Notes: generated by a model from the letters alone, not told the origin. A DNA stretch of 64,000 bases from an uncultured Candidatus Saccharibacteria bacterium (GCA_964386665.1 CAYLQP010000002.1:64105-128104); one strand, 5' to 3'; shown: positions 17,795-29,167, counted from the stretch's first letter. Made by a program: numbers and translations.

Positions 17795-19516
17795 TTACGC
17801 AGCGACATCTACCACGTCCCGATCTTTATCAAAACTTCCTCCCGGACGTTGAATCGCGATTACTTGTTTATTTTTGTTGTTTATCTGAACCACCCTTCCA
17901 AATTGTTCTCGTGCAAGCCCCATTTCATCAGGAACATCTCTATGTCCAATAAACCATCTCGCATTTCCCGCATTAACATTTGCAAGTGTTCCGTCAACGG
18001 CTTCTTGTGAAGAACCATCCTTAGTATTGTCTGTCCAAGTAAGACTTATATTAGTATCTCGTGACCTTCCTTCCACTTCAGCTTGAGTAAGAGCTTTATC
18101 AGGTACTGTATGCGTCACTACAATTTGACCTGTTTTTGATCGTACCATTACAGGTAAGGCTTCTTCGAATTGGGCATACTTCTGCAAAAAGTCATCTCCG
18201 TATGTTGTAGTCACCCATTCTTTTACTTGCTGCGATTCATTGGCAAACTTATGATATTTTTTTATTTTTTCTGCTATATCGTCATGGTTTCCTCTCGTAT
18301 AATGAAACGAATCTGGGTACGCACTTTTCAAATCCATAACCATTTTCATTGCACCAAGAGACTTAACCATTTCTCGTTTCATAAATTCAGCTTGCAAAAT
18401 AGGAAGGATTTTTTGAAACACTGCTACTGCCGGAGCCTGATTACCAGCTTGTTTGATTTCAACAAACGTCATTTGCTTTAAGGGCTTTCCCGCCACAGCT
18501 TCAAGTGCCTGTTTGTATTCAACAACCCTATCAAATACATTTCGATCTGTTGTTTCAGCCAAGAAACCATCGATATCATACTTCAATAAATTTACCTCCC
18601 AATTCTTTCCACTTTCAGAATGCATCCCGTCACCAACACACACAATGTTTATTTCTCCTCGTTTTAATTTTGCGTGAACACTCTCACCATCTATTTGATA
18701 CTTTAATACATTAACCAAAAAATCTCGTCGTGCATGAATATCAGAAATAACAATAGTTGGTACATCTTCTCTTTCGAGAGTAGCAATACCTTTGTGTCTT
18801 CCAAGTGCTTCAATCGCTTTTTCAAGAGATTGTGTGTATTCCTCTTTTGTTTCAAGACTGGTATTATGCGCAAAAGCTTCAACAGAAGAAATGTTCTTAA
18901 CATCAAGAGAGTTTTTTTGTTCTTGTTTTAGTTCTGAAGTTTGAGATTCTGGAACAACTATCTGTTGTGGTTGTGGTGTTTGAGGCGCTTGAACTGCAAC
19001 GCTAGCCTGTTTTGCAAAAGCAAGTGCAAGTCTTTGTTGGAGATGTATAAGAGTAACTTGTAAATGCGAACGTTTTTGATCGAATTGCACTTCAAATTGC
19101 CTATCTTCTTCTTTTGCTGTACCCCATTCATTTTGCAGAACATGAAGTGCATACAACTCTTCTTTTGAAAGATGTTTAGCATATCTTGCAATAAACTCAT
19201 CTCCCGATTGAATTGCTTCACGAATAAATTCTCCGGCTTGTATTTGAAATTCAGAAAATCTGCTTCTGGTCGCTTCATCTAACTTGGCATATAAATCTTC
19301 AATTTGACGATTCTTAGACTGTTCCTGAAGTTCATATTGTTGTCTAAATGCTCGAATAACCTCCTCTCTTTCTTGTTGTTGAATCCTTTGTTTCTCTGGA
19401 TCGGTTTTGACTGCAAGTACCCACATTTCTTCGAGTAAATCAGGATCAACAAGCTCTCGATAACGAGTTGGAATACGATCAAGTAGGCTTGGTTGTGTAG
19501 TGGACTCAGGCTGCAT
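17795..19516 (-). CDS. metallophosphoesterase (calcineurin-like) with long N-terminal Q/E-rich coiled-coil region
   Basis: C-terminal half carries ISDIHA (D-x-H), VGDGMHSESG and TRGNHDD (GNHD) phosphoesterase motifs. N-terminal about 270 aa is a charged coiled coil. Confidence 0.6.
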   Translation of the reverse strand: MQPESTTQPSLLDRIPTRYRELVDPDLLEEMWVLAVKTDPEKQRIQQQEREEVIRAFRQQYELQEQSKNRQIEDLYAKLDEATRSRFSEFQIQAGEFIREAIQSGDEFIARYAKHLSKEELYALHVLQNEWGTAKEEDRQFEVQFDQKRSHLQVTLIHLQQRLALAFAKQASVAVQAPQTPQPQQIVVPESQTSELKQEQKNSLDVKNISSVEAFAHNTSLETKEEYTQSLEKAIEALGRHKGIATLEREDVPTIVISDIHARRDFLVNVLKYQIDGESVHAKLKRGEINIVCVGDGMHSESGKNWEVNLLKYDIDGFLAETTDRNVFDRVVEYKQALEAVAGKPLKQMTFVEIKQAGNQAPAVAVFQKILPILQAEFMKREMVKSLGAMKMVMDLKSAYPDSFHYTRGNHDDIAEKIKKYHKFANESQQVKEWVTTTYGDDFLQKYAQFEEALPVMVRSKTGQIVVTHTVPDKALTQAEVEGRSRDTNISLTWTDNTKDGSSQEAVDGTLANVNAGNARWFIGHRDVPDEMGLAREQFGRVVQINNKNKQVIAIQRPGGSFDKDRDVVDVAA

Positions 19517-19571
19517 ATAACTTTATAAAAAGGATATCAGAAAAGAGCAATATATGCTACCATAAGCAATA

Positions 19572-21518
19572 ATGCATCATAAAAAACCTTCAAACAAAAA
19601 ACTACAAACCCATACTGGGCTCATTAGTATCAACTCAAAAGGAGTTGGTTTTGTCGCCCTCGATGACAAGAAAAACGACATAGAAATCAAGACGGAACGA
19701 CTCAACACCGCTTTGCACAACGATACAGTGACCATTACCCTCCTTCCAGAACGTATTGCAGGGCGTGCCCAAGGAGAAGTCGTATCTGTCGTCTCACGAA
19801 ACAAAGATCGATTTGTAGGAACTATCCATAAGGATGGCGACGTGTTTTTCCTTGCACCTGATGATTCACGTATGTATGTCGATATCATCATTAACCAAGC
19901 AAACCTTGGTACCGCAACTGAAGGTCAAAAAGTGCAAATTGCACTTTTCCCGTGGACAAACCCGAAGGAAAATCCTGAAGGAAAAGTCATCCAAGTGATC
20001 GGAAACAAAGGAGAACATAATACTGAGATGCATTCCATTGTGCTTGAAAAAGGATTTGAAATCGAGTTCCCAGACGAAGTAATGAAAGAAGCAGAAAAGA
20101 TCAAAGCAAATGCAAAACAAGATCTCGAAGCAGAGCTCAAAGTTCGCAAAGATATGCGAAGCACCCTTACGTTCACTATCGACCCAATAGACGCAAAAGA
20201 CTTTGATGATGCGATTTCGTTTAAAGCACTCGAAGGAGACCTTGTGGAAGTAGGAGTGCATATTGCTGATGTATCACACTTCGTGCGACCTCATACTGCA
20301 CTCGATACTGAGGCACTCAAACGTGCTACCTCAGTATATCTAGTGGACAGAACTATCCCAATGCTTCCTGAAATTCTCTCAAACGATCTCTGTAGTCTAA
20401 ACCCCAACGAAGACAAACTCGCCTTCTCTGCTATTTTTCACATCAACAAAAAAACTGCAGAAGTGAAAGAAAGATGGTTCGGCAAAACAGTGATTAACTC
20501 AAACCGCCGTTTTACCTATGAAGATGCGCAAGAAGGAATTACAAAAGGTACAGGAGAACACGCGGAAGTACTCCAAACAATCAACAATCTTGCGAAGGTG
20601 TTTCAAGCACAGAAACTTGCAAGTGGAGCAATTGACTTCGATCAAGAAGAAGTGAAGTTCAAACTCGACGAAAATGGAAGTCCACTTGAAGTCTACAAAA
20701 AAGAACGACTCGATGCTCACAAACTTGTAGAAGAATTTATGCTTCTTGCGAACCGAGAAGTTGCGTTCGCACTCTTTGAAGCAAGCAAAAACAAACAAGG
20801 TCTTGTTGGTCTCTATCGAATCCATAATCAACCAGAAGCCGAAAAGATCCAAAACCTCGCACTGTTTTTGAAAGCCTTGGGACATACTCTCCCAATACAC
20901 AAAGGTAAGATTGATTCAAAGGATATAAATATCCTTCTCAAAAAAATCGAAGGCTCTGCCGCTGAAGCACTCATCAAAACAGCGACCATCCGTTCTATGG
21001 CAAAAGCAGTCTACTCACCGACAAATTCGGGGCACTTTGGACTTGCCTTCACATACTACACACACTTTACTTCCCCTATCAGACGTTATCCTGACCTTGT
21101 GGTCCATCGAATACTTGAAATCCATTTGAAGGATCTGAAGGTTACCAAAGACGAGTTTGCAAAGATTCACAAGATTGCCGAGATGTGCAGTGAGCGTGAA
21201 GTCCGCGCCGCAGAAGCAGAACGAGCAAGTATCAAGATGAAACAAGTTGAATATATGGCAAAAAGGATTGGACAAGTATTTGATGGCTCAATTTCAGGAG
21301 TAACCGAATGGGGTATCTATGTAGAAGAAATAAATACCAAATGCGAAGGAATGATTCGACTCAAGGATATCACTGGTGACTTCTTCAACCTCGATCAAAA
21401 GAACTATCGAATCATTGGAGACAAAACCAAAAAGACATATTCTCTAGGAGACAAAGTAAAGTTCAAAGTCCTTCGGGCTGATATCGAGCGAAAGACGTTG
21501 GATTATGGGTTGGTTTAA
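19572..21518 (+). CDS. rnr: ribonuclease R (RNase II/R family: CSD, RNB and C-terminal S1)
   Basis: RNB active-site region LTFTIDPIDAKDFDDAISF. Length and domain order of RNase R. Confidence 0.85.
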   Translation: MHHKKPSNKKLQTHTGLISINSKGVGFVALDDKKNDIEIKTERLNTALHNDTVTITLLPERIAGRAQGEVVSVVSRNKDRFVGTIHKDGDVFFLAPDDSRMYVDIIINQANLGTATEGQKVQIALFPWTNPKENPEGKVIQVIGNKGEHNTEMHSIVLEKGFEIEFPDEVMKEAEKIKANAKQDLEAELKVRKDMRSTLTFTIDPIDAKDFDDAISFKALEGDLVEVGVHIADVSHFVRPHTALDTEALKRATSVYLVDRTIPMLPEILSNDLCSLNPNEDKLAFSAIFHINKKTAEVKERWFGKTVINSNRRFTYEDAQEGITKGTGEHAEVLQTINNLAKVFQAQKLASGAIDFDQEEVKFKLDENGSPLEVYKKERLDAHKLVEEFMLLANREVAFALFEASKNKQGLVGLYRIHNQPEAEKIQNLALFLKALGHTLPIHKGKIDSKDINILLKKIEGSAAEALIKTATIRSMAKAVYSPTNSGHFGLAFTYYTHFTSPIRRYPDLVVHRILEIHLKDLKVTKDEFAKIHKIAEMCSEREVRAAEAERASIKMKQVEYMAKRIGQVFDGSISGVTEWGIYVEEINTKCEGMIRLKDITGDFFNLDQKNYRIIGDKTKKTYSLGDKVKFKVLRADIERKTLDYGLV

Positions 21519-21572
21519 AGAGAGCTCTCCTCCAAAACTACATTTTTTACATCTTATTAAAAATATGTATGT

Positions 21573-22493
21573 TTATAGATCATCCTCATCTTGATTCAAA
21601 AACTGCATCATAGAAAAATGCAGATCAGTTAATTTTAGACTTAAATTAAACTCAAGACTTTTCTGATCGTCGCTATCTTTGGGAACACGATCAAATAATT
21701 GATCCTCATTTATCCTAAATGTTGAAGCATCAATACCAAATCGGTCATAAAGTGCGGTTCGACTCCAATAATTTTCTTCACTAATTTCACTTATTAAATC
21801 ACAAGTTGATTCTAAAACATTGCGTGGTATGTTATCAAATGTATCAACAATTTGTCTATCAGATAGACCAAACATAAAATTCAAAACCTTTCTTGCATTT
21901 GCATAATAATCAATAGATCGTTCTCGTGCAATCTGGTCTAAATCTTTATGTAAATGTCTCATAGATTGAAATAGACCGCTATCAAGTCGAGGATCAGGTT
22001 TTTCGGGTTTTTCTGAGAGTGACATCTCAGCTCTTAAAAGATCAACTAATTCTCCTTGTTGTTTTGATCGAGGTGTTCGAGTCTCTTGTCGTTCATCTTG
22101 AAATTTCTGAGCAAATACAAACTGTGCACTTAAAATAGCATCGGAAACACTGATTAACTCTTCGTTAGTAAGAGCTTCAAGAGTAGTATTGTATTTATTT
22201 GGCTGAATTACTGCCCTATCAGCCACTCCAGCCATAAATATTATATCTGCTTTTTTGTCAGGGTCCGTTTCTTTTGTAGCAGCATCCCTCAAATTATTTT
22301 TATCAAAACCTCGTAATAAAATAAGGGCTCGTGCTGTTTCTAAGGCAGATTGAAACTCTGGTTTTAATTCAAATTGTCCACCTTTTTCATTAAATAGAAA
22401 ACTTGGCTCTGCTAACATATCACCATCACGACGCCGAACAGAAAATTCTGGTAATCTTTCATTGGGATTTGAAAAAGGATTTTCTTCTGACAT
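21573..22493 (-). CDS. hypothetical acidic protein (306 aa) immediately downstream of smc
   Basis: Intact ORF 4 nt after the SMC stop. No recognisable motif; not an obvious ScpA/ScpB. Confidence 0.4.
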   Translation of the reverse strand: MSEENPFSNPNERLPEFSVRRRDGDMLAEPSFLFNEKGGQFELKPEFQSALETARALILLRGFDKNNLRDAATKETDPDKKADIIFMAGVADRAVIQPNKYNTTLEALTNEELISVSDAILSAQFVFAQKFQDERQETRTPRSKQQGELVDLLRAEMSLSEKPEKPDPRLDSGLFQSMRHLHKDLDQIARERSIDYYANARKVLNFMFGLSDRQIVDTFDNIPRNVLESTCDLISEISEENYWSRTALYDRFGIDASTFRINEDQLFDRVPKDSDDQKSLEFNLSLKLTDLHFSMMQFLNQDEDDL

Positions 22494-22497
22494 AAAT

Positions 22498-24735
22498 TTA
22501 TTTGGCCACCGCTTCCGCTTCGTTAAATGAAATTGAAAGAAGTTTACTTGTTGCGTCTTTGCCCATAGTTACTCCATATAGCACCCCAGCGCGACTCATT
22601 GTTTCTCTATTATGAGTGATTACGATAAGTTCTGAATGTTTTGCCAAGTTTTCTACCATATCACCGTATTTTCGACTATTTGCTTCATCGAGCGCTGCAT
22701 CAGTTTCATCGAGAATTACAAATGGTGGTGGATTTACCTGAGAGATTGCAAAAAGAAGCGCGATTGACGTCAACGCTCGCTCTCCTCCTGAGAGCATCAT
22801 AAGTCCTTTGATCTTTTTGTGTGGGAGCGACACTTCTATTTCGATTCCCTCTTCGAGTTCTGCAACTCCTTCTTCGAGACCTTCGAGATCATCTTTTTTG
22901 CGTCGTTTTTCTTGGCGTACTACTTTAAGTGACGCGTGTCCTCCACCAAACATAAGTCCGAAGTATTCACTAAATACATCGTTTATTTTTTTGACCCCTT
23001 CTTTAAACTCAATATCGAGTTTTTCAGTGAGTTCTTTTATAAGCACTTCTAAGTCTTCTTTTGCCTTTGCAAGATCAAGAAGCTCCTGTGCCAAGAATAC
23101 GTCTCGGTCCTCGGTATCTTTGAATTCTTTTTTGATATCATCTCCACCAGCGATTCCCATTTCTTCGAGACGGATTTTGAGGCGTTCGAGTTGTTTCTTT
23201 CGTTCCATTTGGACACTTCGAACTGTTGAACCTTCATCAAGCTCTACTCCTTCAAACTTTAGTGCTTCTACGCCAACAAGTGCACCAACTTCTTGAATAT
23301 CGTTTTTGAGACTTTCATTATCAAATTGCAATTGTCTTTCTTCACTCTTGAGACGGTCTAACTCGCTATGTAATTCATTTTGTTTTGCAACAATCACAAA
23401 CACCTGCTTTTCCGCTTCTCTTGTTTCGTCTTTGGCTTTTTCGATTTCGATTCGTTTTTGTTCATACTGCGAAAGCAACGATTTCTCTTCTTGTTTTTCT
23501 TGTTCGATTTGGCTTTCAATAAGCTCCTTTTGTTTTGCAAGAGACAAAAGCTCCGCTTCAAAGAGATCAATTTTGTTCGACTCAGTAACATCTTTGTTCC
23601 TAAGCACGAACTCTCGAAACGCATTTTGAATCGATGCAACCGCTTCTTTGAGTGACTCAAGCGTTGAAAGACTCAGTCCCTTTGAAGCAATCTCGGCAAT
23701 ATGTCGTTCCAAGTGCACCACTTCTTTGAAATTGATTGTCTTGTTTTCTTCTTCTTTTTGCAAAGATTCTTCTCGCTCAATCGCCTTTTTTGTATACGAA
23801 ATCTCCCCTTCAATCTTTCCAAGATCACGCAGTGTTGTGTCTTTACGATGTCTCACTGCTTCGAGGTTTTTTTCGAGCGCAACAATTTCTGGAGTATTAC
23901 TTCCCTCTTTTGCTTCGCGTTCAATTCGCTCCTTCGCACGTCGCAGTTCATTATCTAGTTCAAGAAGCTTTGCTTGCGGAATCTGTTTTTTCTGGTTTAC
24001 CAGTGTTTGGTTTGAGGTAACATAAAACGTTTCTTGTCGAAAATACGTTTTCGCAAGTGCAGTGAGTTCATTTTTGAGTTCATCGGCTTTTTCAAGCTTT
24101 TCGACTTGTCGACGCAAAAACTTCAAATGAGGAGCGATTTCCCGTCGTAGTGACTCAACTTGTTTGATATTATCCTCTGTTCTATTGAGTTTCTTTTCAC
24201 TTTCTTCTTTTTTGTATTGATAGATTTTGATTCCAAGCGCGTCTTCAATCATTTCTCGACGTTCCTTTGGGTTGGCGTGCAAGATCCTGTCAGCTTCTCC
24301 TTGAGAAATGATGTGATGTCCTGATGCACCAATGTTTGCTCCTGCAAGAAGTTCCAAGATATCCTTGAGACGAACCTTACTGCCGTTAATTGCGTATTCA
24401 TTTCCACCATCTCGAAACACCACTCGTTCGATAGAAACTTCGTCAAAATCAACATTAAAGATTTTTGACTTGTTATCAAAAACTAATTTGACTCCCGCCC
24501 TGTTACCTCGAGGGGTTTCATTTGAGCCGTTAAAGATAAGGTCTTCACCTTTTTTCCCTCGCATACTCTTAAGCGATTGCTCTCCGAGCACAAACCGAAA
24601 GGCTTCTGCAACGTTACTCTTCCCACTTCCATTAGGCCCTACAATAGCCGTAATTGACGTAGTAAAATCAAGCGTCGTTTTCTTGCCAAACGACTTAAAT
24701 CCGTTTATTTCGAGCGCTTTAAGTGACATAGACAA
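22498..24735 (-). CDS. smc: SMC-family chromosome segregation ATPase, unusually short (745 aa)
   Basis: SMC N-terminus LEINGFKSFGKKTTLDF..ITAIVGPNGSGKSNVAEAFRFVLGEQS. SMC C-terminus LSGGERALTSIALLFAISQVNPPPFVILDETDAALD. Charged coiled coil in the middle. Confidence 0.75.
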   Translation of the reverse strand: MSMSLKALEINGFKSFGKKTTLDFTTSITAIVGPNGSGKSNVAEAFRFVLGEQSLKSMRGKKGEDLIFNGSNETPRGNRAGVKLVFDNKSKIFNVDFDEVSIERVVFRDGGNEYAINGSKVRLKDILELLAGANIGASGHHIISQGEADRILHANPKERREMIEDALGIKIYQYKKEESEKKLNRTEDNIKQVESLRREIAPHLKFLRRQVEKLEKADELKNELTALAKTYFRQETFYVTSNQTLVNQKKQIPQAKLLELDNELRRAKERIEREAKEGSNTPEIVALEKNLEAVRHRKDTTLRDLGKIEGEISYTKKAIEREESLQKEEENKTINFKEVVHLERHIAEIASKGLSLSTLESLKEAVASIQNAFREFVLRNKDVTESNKIDLFEAELLSLAKQKELIESQIEQEKQEEKSLLSQYEQKRIEIEKAKDETREAEKQVFVIVAKQNELHSELDRLKSEERQLQFDNESLKNDIQEVGALVGVEALKFEGVELDEGSTVRSVQMERKKQLERLKIRLEEMGIAGGDDIKKEFKDTEDRDVFLAQELLDLAKAKEDLEVLIKELTEKLDIEFKEGVKKINDVFSEYFGLMFGGGHASLKVVRQEKRRKKDDLEGLEEGVAELEEGIEIEVSLPHKKIKGLMMLSGGERALTSIALLFAISQVNPPPFVILDETDAALDEANSRKYGDMVENLAKHSELIVITHNRETMSRAGVLYGVTMGKDATSKLLSISFNEAEAVAK

Positions 24736-24799
24736 ATTTTACCATACAAAGATTCTTTTAAACAATTGTTTTTTTGATAGAAATTGATACTCTAAAAGA

Positions 24800-24973
24800 A
24801 TGAAAAATAAGTTCCTTTTAGAAAAAAAGACAGTGGGAGAAATCCTATTAGGTATCGCAACGATATCTATTATCCTAGGGTTTATTATAACCCCCTGGTT
24901 CTTTGTGGCCAGTGTCTTGCTAGGCCCCGTCGGTTTTTTACTTTTAGTTTTTGATGACAAACCTCCGTCTTGA
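24800..24973 (+). CDS. possible small two-TM membrane protein (57 aa), below the ORF-track size cut-off
   Basis: ATG at 24800 gives MKNKFLLEKKTVGEILLGIATISIILGFIITPWFFVASVLLGPVGFLLLVFDDKPPS*, followed by the hairpin cctcc-gtcttgatat-ggagg and a T-run. Weak RBS. Confidence 0.25.
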   Translation: MKNKFLLEKKTVGEILLGIATISIILGFIITPWFFVASVLLGPVGFLLLVFDDKPPS

Positions 24974-24986
24974 TATGGAGGTTTTT

Positions 24987-26111
24987 TTATTCCTCCTCTG
25001 GCTTATCGATTCTTTCAAACTCAACACCAATTGAGTCTTGCTTCTTAGAAAGTCGGACAATATCTTTGTCTATTTTTTTGAATTCTTTTGATGACTCGTT
25101 GTAGTGATTGACTACCGTACTTATCGACTTACCGAGCTTGTCTTGTACTTCGGCATATTTCTTAAGATGCAAAGTAAGTTCCCCTACCCGTTTAACGATG
25201 TCTTTTGCCTCTTCTTCGATTTGCATTGCCTTGAGACCTTGAAGCACTGTTTGAAGGTACGCCAAGAAAGAAGTTGGGGAAACAATAATTACTTTGTATT
25301 TTGAAGCAGCGCGTTGAATGAGGTTTTCGGTTTCTTCTTTGAGGGCGCCGATTTTGTTGATAAGGAGATCGTAATAAATCGCTTCGTGTGGAATAAACAT
25401 AAAAGCAAAATCCATTGTTCCAAGAGTTGGTTCTATGTATTTAGATGTTTCGACAATTCGGTTTTTGAGATCATTTACAAACAGTTTTTCGAGGCGCTCT
25501 TTTTCTACTGGATCTCGCTCTTCAACAATCTTGTTATAATTTTCGAGACTGAATTTTGAATCAACAGGGATAATCTTGTCTTTCACAAACACCACCGCAT
25601 CTGGGATAAGATCATCTCCGTTCTCACTTCGCCCAAGCTTGTACTGCATCTCGAAGCTTCCTGGAGGCATTACGTTTTTGAGAAGTGTTTCGAGATAATA
25701 TTCCCCGAGAATTCCCCGTTGTTTTGGATTCTTCAACATATCTTGAAGCCCTTGTAGTTGGTCAGCAAACGATACCACCTGCCTATTGGTCTCATCAAGT
25801 TTAGTAAGACGCTCCGTAACATCTTGGATAATTTTTATAGATTGGTTGCTTTGATGTCTTATGTTTTCTTGCATCTCTTTGGTGCTTTCACCGATCTTTT
25901 GATCAACCGTTCGGCTGATTTCATTGAGTTGTGTCAAAATAAGCTGGAGTCCTGCCCCATCTTCTTTCTTGTCTTCTTTTTTATTACGAAGCAAAAACCA
26001 AATAACCAAGGTGTTGAGCCCGAGCGCAAGAATAATCACCAAAATTATTGAAAGATTCATATTTTTTATTATAACAAAATTCACCTTATCTGCATACAAA
26101 TGAATATCCAT
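24987..26111 (-). CDS. rmuC: DNA recombination protein RmuC
   Basis: N-terminal TM, a long coiled coil, and a C-terminal RmuC-like region (ILGEYYLETLLKNVMPP...PDAVVFVKDKIIPVDSKFSLENY). Confidence 0.75.
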   Translation of the reverse strand: MDIHLYADKVNFVIIKNMNLSIILVIILALGLNTLVIWFLLRNKKEDKKEDGAGLQLILTQLNEISRTVDQKIGESTKEMQENIRHQSNQSIKIIQDVTERLTKLDETNRQVVSFADQLQGLQDMLKNPKQRGILGEYYLETLLKNVMPPGSFEMQYKLGRSENGDDLIPDAVVFVKDKIIPVDSKFSLENYNKIVEERDPVEKERLEKLFVNDLKNRIVETSKYIEPTLGTMDFAFMFIPHEAIYYDLLINKIGALKEETENLIQRAASKYKVIIVSPTSFLAYLQTVLQGLKAMQIEEEAKDIVKRVGELTLHLKKYAEVQDKLGKSISTVVNHYNESSKEFKKIDKDIVRLSKKQDSIGVEFERIDKPEEE

Positions 26112-26182
26112 TAGTTTAGTTACCCGACCGCTAAATATCTAAAACTTTTTTCTTGTCATTTTTGGGCTATAATAGATACATT

Positions 26183-26632
26183 ATGCAAAACACAATAAGA
26201 GAAAAAATTAAAGAAGCGATGCTTGCCAAAGACCAATTAGCACTTGCAGTCTTTCGTGGTATTTTATCAAGTTTTACAAACGAGCTTGTATCAAAAGGCA
26301 AAACACCACAAGACACGCTTGCTGATGAAGAATGTATGACGGTCATCAAACGTCTTGCTAAACAACGCAAAGATTCTATCGAACAATTTACAAACGGTGG
26401 ACGTCCTGAACTCGCTGAAGCAGAAAAGAAAGAACTCGATCTTCTTGAAACACTTCTTCCTGCCACAATGAGTATTGATGACATCAAAACAATTGCCGAA
26501 AAGAAAAAACAAGAACTTCAAATTGTCGACAAATCAAAAATGGGGCTTCTAATGGGCGCAGTAATCAAAGAAACAAAAGGTAATGCAGATGGTGCTGATG
26601 TAAAGAGTGTTGTTGAAAGTTTGTTTGAGTAA
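26183..26632 (+). CDS. GatB/YqeY-domain protein
   Basis: About 150-aa helical protein with YqeY-like organisation. Start chosen at MQNTIREK rather than the upstream ORF-track Met. Confidence 0.65.
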   Translation: MQNTIREKIKEAMLAKDQLALAVFRGILSSFTNELVSKGKTPQDTLADEECMTVIKRLAKQRKDSIEQFTNGGRPELAEAEKKELDLLETLLPATMSIDDIKTIAEKKKQELQIVDKSKMGLLMGAVIKETKGNADGADVKSVVESLFE

Positions 26633-26643
26633 TTAAAAAAAAC

Positions 26644-26680
26644 CGCGAAGGCCTCTGGCCTTCGCGGTTTTTTTAGTCTT
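26644..26680. terminator. bidirectional intrinsic terminator
   Basis: aaaaaaaccgcgaaggcc-tctg-gccttcgcggttttttt, a perfect 14-bp stem flanked by an A-run and a T-run, between the convergent yqeY-like gene and secA. Confidence 0.7.
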
Positions 26681-26686
26681 TAATCT

Positions 26687-29167
26687 TTAAGCTCCGTGAC
26701 ACTTCTTGTACTTCTTCCCACTTCCACAAGGACAAGGATCGTTTCGTCCTACTTCCGCTTCTTTTACAATTGGTTTTGGAGCATTCTCTACCGTCGTCTT
26801 TGAGTTCGATTGGACAAGCGGTGAAGGTGCTGCTTGATGTACTTCAACCACCTCTTTTACATCTTCAGTTTTTTCCCGGAGCGTGATACTTGGTATTGTC
26901 TTAAAGATACTATCAATAATCGAGAGTTCCATTTCTTTAAACAACCGAAGTCCTTCTTTTTTGTATTCAACAAGCGGATCTCGTTGCCCGTATGCACGCA
27001 AGTTTACCGATCCTCGGAGATAATCCATCATTTCAAGGTGATCCATCCAGAACAAGTCGATTGTTTGTAGAATAAGAGAACGTGATGCAATAAGGAATGT
27101 TTCTCTTCCAAGCTCTTGCAGTTTCAAGTTAATGACTTGCTTGAACTCATCATCTCCAAAACTCATTTGCTCGAGTTCAAGTTCGATTGTATCAAGATCT
27201 CCTAAAAGAACCTTTCGTCGTCTTTCATAGATTACTTTTCGCTGATGGTTAAGGACGTCATCAAATTCAAGAATATGTTTTCTTGAATCAAAGTGGAATC
27301 CTTCAATTCGGTTTTGAGCTGTTTCAAGAGAACGAGTGATAATACGGTTTTCGATTGCTTCATCTTCTGGAATATTGAGTTTTGCCATCATTGATTTCAA
27401 CATATCGTTTGCAAATACGCGCATCAAATCATCTTCAAGAGACACAAAAAACTGTGTTGTTCCTGGATCTCCCTGTCGTCCACTTCGCCCTCGAAGTTGG
27501 TTATCAATTCGTCTTGCTTCATGTCGTTCGGTTCCAAGCACAAACAATCCTCCAAGTTTTTTTATTTCTTCAGCTTTTTCTTCTGTGAAAGGCATCCCTC
27601 CAAGCTTAATATCAACTCCTCGTCCTGCCATATTGGTTGCGATAGTGACCGCACCTTTTCGTCCAGCTTCAGCAATAATCTCCCCTTCTTTTTCGTGGTT
27701 CTTGGCATTGAGGACCTGATGAGGCACACCTTCTCGAGTAAGGTACAAAGAGAGTAATTCGTTCTTTTCGATTGATACCGTTCCGATAAGTACTGGTTGC
27801 CCTTTACTATGTAGTTCTTTTACTTCACGCGCGATTGCTTTAAATTTTCCTTGTTCAGTTCGAAAGATGAGATCGTTTTTATCGATTCGTTCGATATGTT
27901 TGTGAGTTGGGATTACAAGCGTATCAAGTCCGTACACTTTGTAGAACTCTTCCTTACTCGTCTCTGCTGTTCCAGTCATCCCCGCAAGCTTCTTATAGAG
28001 TCTAAAATAGTTCTGATATGTAATTGATGCGTATGTTCGAGACTCTTCTTGAATAGCAACTCCTTCTTTTGCTTCAACCGCCTGATGAAGTCCTTCTGAC
28101 CAACGTCTTCCTGGTTGCATTCGTCCCGTAAACTCATCAACAATAATCACTTCACCATTTTGTACAACATATGATTTATCTTTTTGAAAAAGTGCCTTTG
28201 CACGAACCGCTGTTTCAAGATGGTGCACATACTTAATACCTCCTTCGGTATACATATTGTCTACCCCAAGGGCCTTTTCAGCTTTTTCAATTCCTTTTTC
28301 AGTCAAAGTAATTGCTCGGCGTTTTTCATCTACCATAAAATCTTCTTCAATGTTTAGATCTCCTGCAATTCGTGCGAACATTTGATACAGTTTTTCTGAC
28401 TTTGCCGATGGAGCAGAAATAATAAGCGGAGTTCTTGCCTCATCAATAAGAATTGAGTCGACTTCGTCCACAATTGCAAAATTGAATGGACGCTGTCTCA
28501 GTTCACTTGAACGTTGTGCAATATTGTCTCGCAAATAATCAAACCCAAACTCACTATTTGTTCCATATGTAATATCTGCTTCATAAGCCTCCTTTCTGGT
28601 ACACGGTCGGAGAAATTCATACATCACTTTGTATGAAGCAACTTCATCTTTTGTTCCATCAAGTTCTTTGTGTGTTGGATCAAACAAAAACGAACTGTCG
28701 TGGTTAATAACTGAAGTCACAATCCCCAAGAATGAAAAGAGTTCTCCCATCCACACCGCATCTCGACGTGAGAGATAGTCGTTTACAGTAACAAGATGTA
28801 CCCCAAGACCGGTAAGAGCATTCAAATACAACGGAAGCGTTGCAACCAATGTCTTTCCTTCTCCTGTACGCATCTCAGACACTCTTCCTTGGTGAAGAGC
28901 AATTCCTCCAACAAGCTGAACATCGAAGTGACGCATCTTTAATGTTCGCTTAGATGCTTCACGCACCACTGCAAAGGCTTCTGGCAAGATATCATCAAGA
29001 GTGCTCCCTGAAGCAAGCTTATCTTTGAAATAAGGAGTTTTTGCTTGAAGCGCTTCGTTTGAAAGAGTTTGCAAATCTTTCTCGAAAGCATTAATCTGCA
29101 ATACTATTTTTTGTATTTTTTGAAGGTCTTTTTTGTTTTGGTCGCCAAATATTGATGTAAGAAACAT
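26687..29167 (-). CDS. secA: preprotein translocase ATPase SecA
   Basis: DEAD-like motor motifs (FDVQLVGG...RTGEGKT). C-terminal Zn-finger [14 protein letters not shown] typical of SecA. Confidence 0.95.
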   Translation of the reverse strand: MFLTSIFGDQNKKDLQKIQKIVLQINAFEKDLQTLSNEALQAKTPYFKDKLASGSTLDDILPEAFAVVREASKRTLKMRHFDVQLVGGIALHQGRVSEMRTGEGKTLVATLPLYLNALTGLGVHLVTVNDYLSRRDAVWMGELFSFLGIVTSVINHDSSFLFDPTHKELDGTKDEVASYKVMYEFLRPCTRKEAYEADITYGTNSEFGFDYLRDNIAQRSSELRQRPFNFAIVDEVDSILIDEARTPLIISAPSAKSEKLYQMFARIAGDLNIEEDFMVDEKRRAITLTEKGIEKAEKALGVDNMYTEGGIKYVHHLETAVRAKALFQKDKSYVVQNGEVIIVDEFTGRMQPGRRWSEGLHQAVEAKEGVAIQEESRTYASITYQNYFRLYKKLAGMTGTAETSKEEFYKVYGLDTLVIPTHKHIERIDKNDLIFRTEQGKFKAIAREVKELHSKGQPVLIGTVSIEKNELLSLYLTREGVPHQVLNAKNHEKEGEIIAEAGRKGAVTIATNMAGRGVDIKLGGMPFTEEKAEEIKKLGGLFVLGTERHEARRIDNQLRGRSGRQGDPGTTQFFVSLEDDLMRVFANDMLKSMMAKLNIPEDEAIENRIITRSLETAQNRIEGFHFDSRKHILEFDDVLNHQRKVIYERRRKVLLGDLDTIELELEQMSFGDDEFKQVINLKLQELGRETFLIASRSLILQTIDLFWMDHLEMMDYLRGSVNLRAYGQRDPLVEYKKEGLRLFKEMELSIIDSIFKTIPSITLREKTEDVKEVVEVHQAAPSPLVQSNSKTTVENAPKPIVKEAEVGRNDPCPCGSGKKYKKCHGA

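Noticed and set aside
21519-21572. 10-bp palindrome gagagctctc after rnr as a regulatory site
   Set aside because: Short, GC-poor stem without a T-run. Most simply a weak terminator-like hairpin between convergent genes; not distinctive.
22808-24025. Several Ser-rich plus-strand ORFs (162, 107, 125 aa and others) inside the SMC gene
   Set aside because: They are antisense to the charged coiled-coil coding region. Low-complexity S/F/L-rich translations are typical mirror images of K/E-rich coding sequence.
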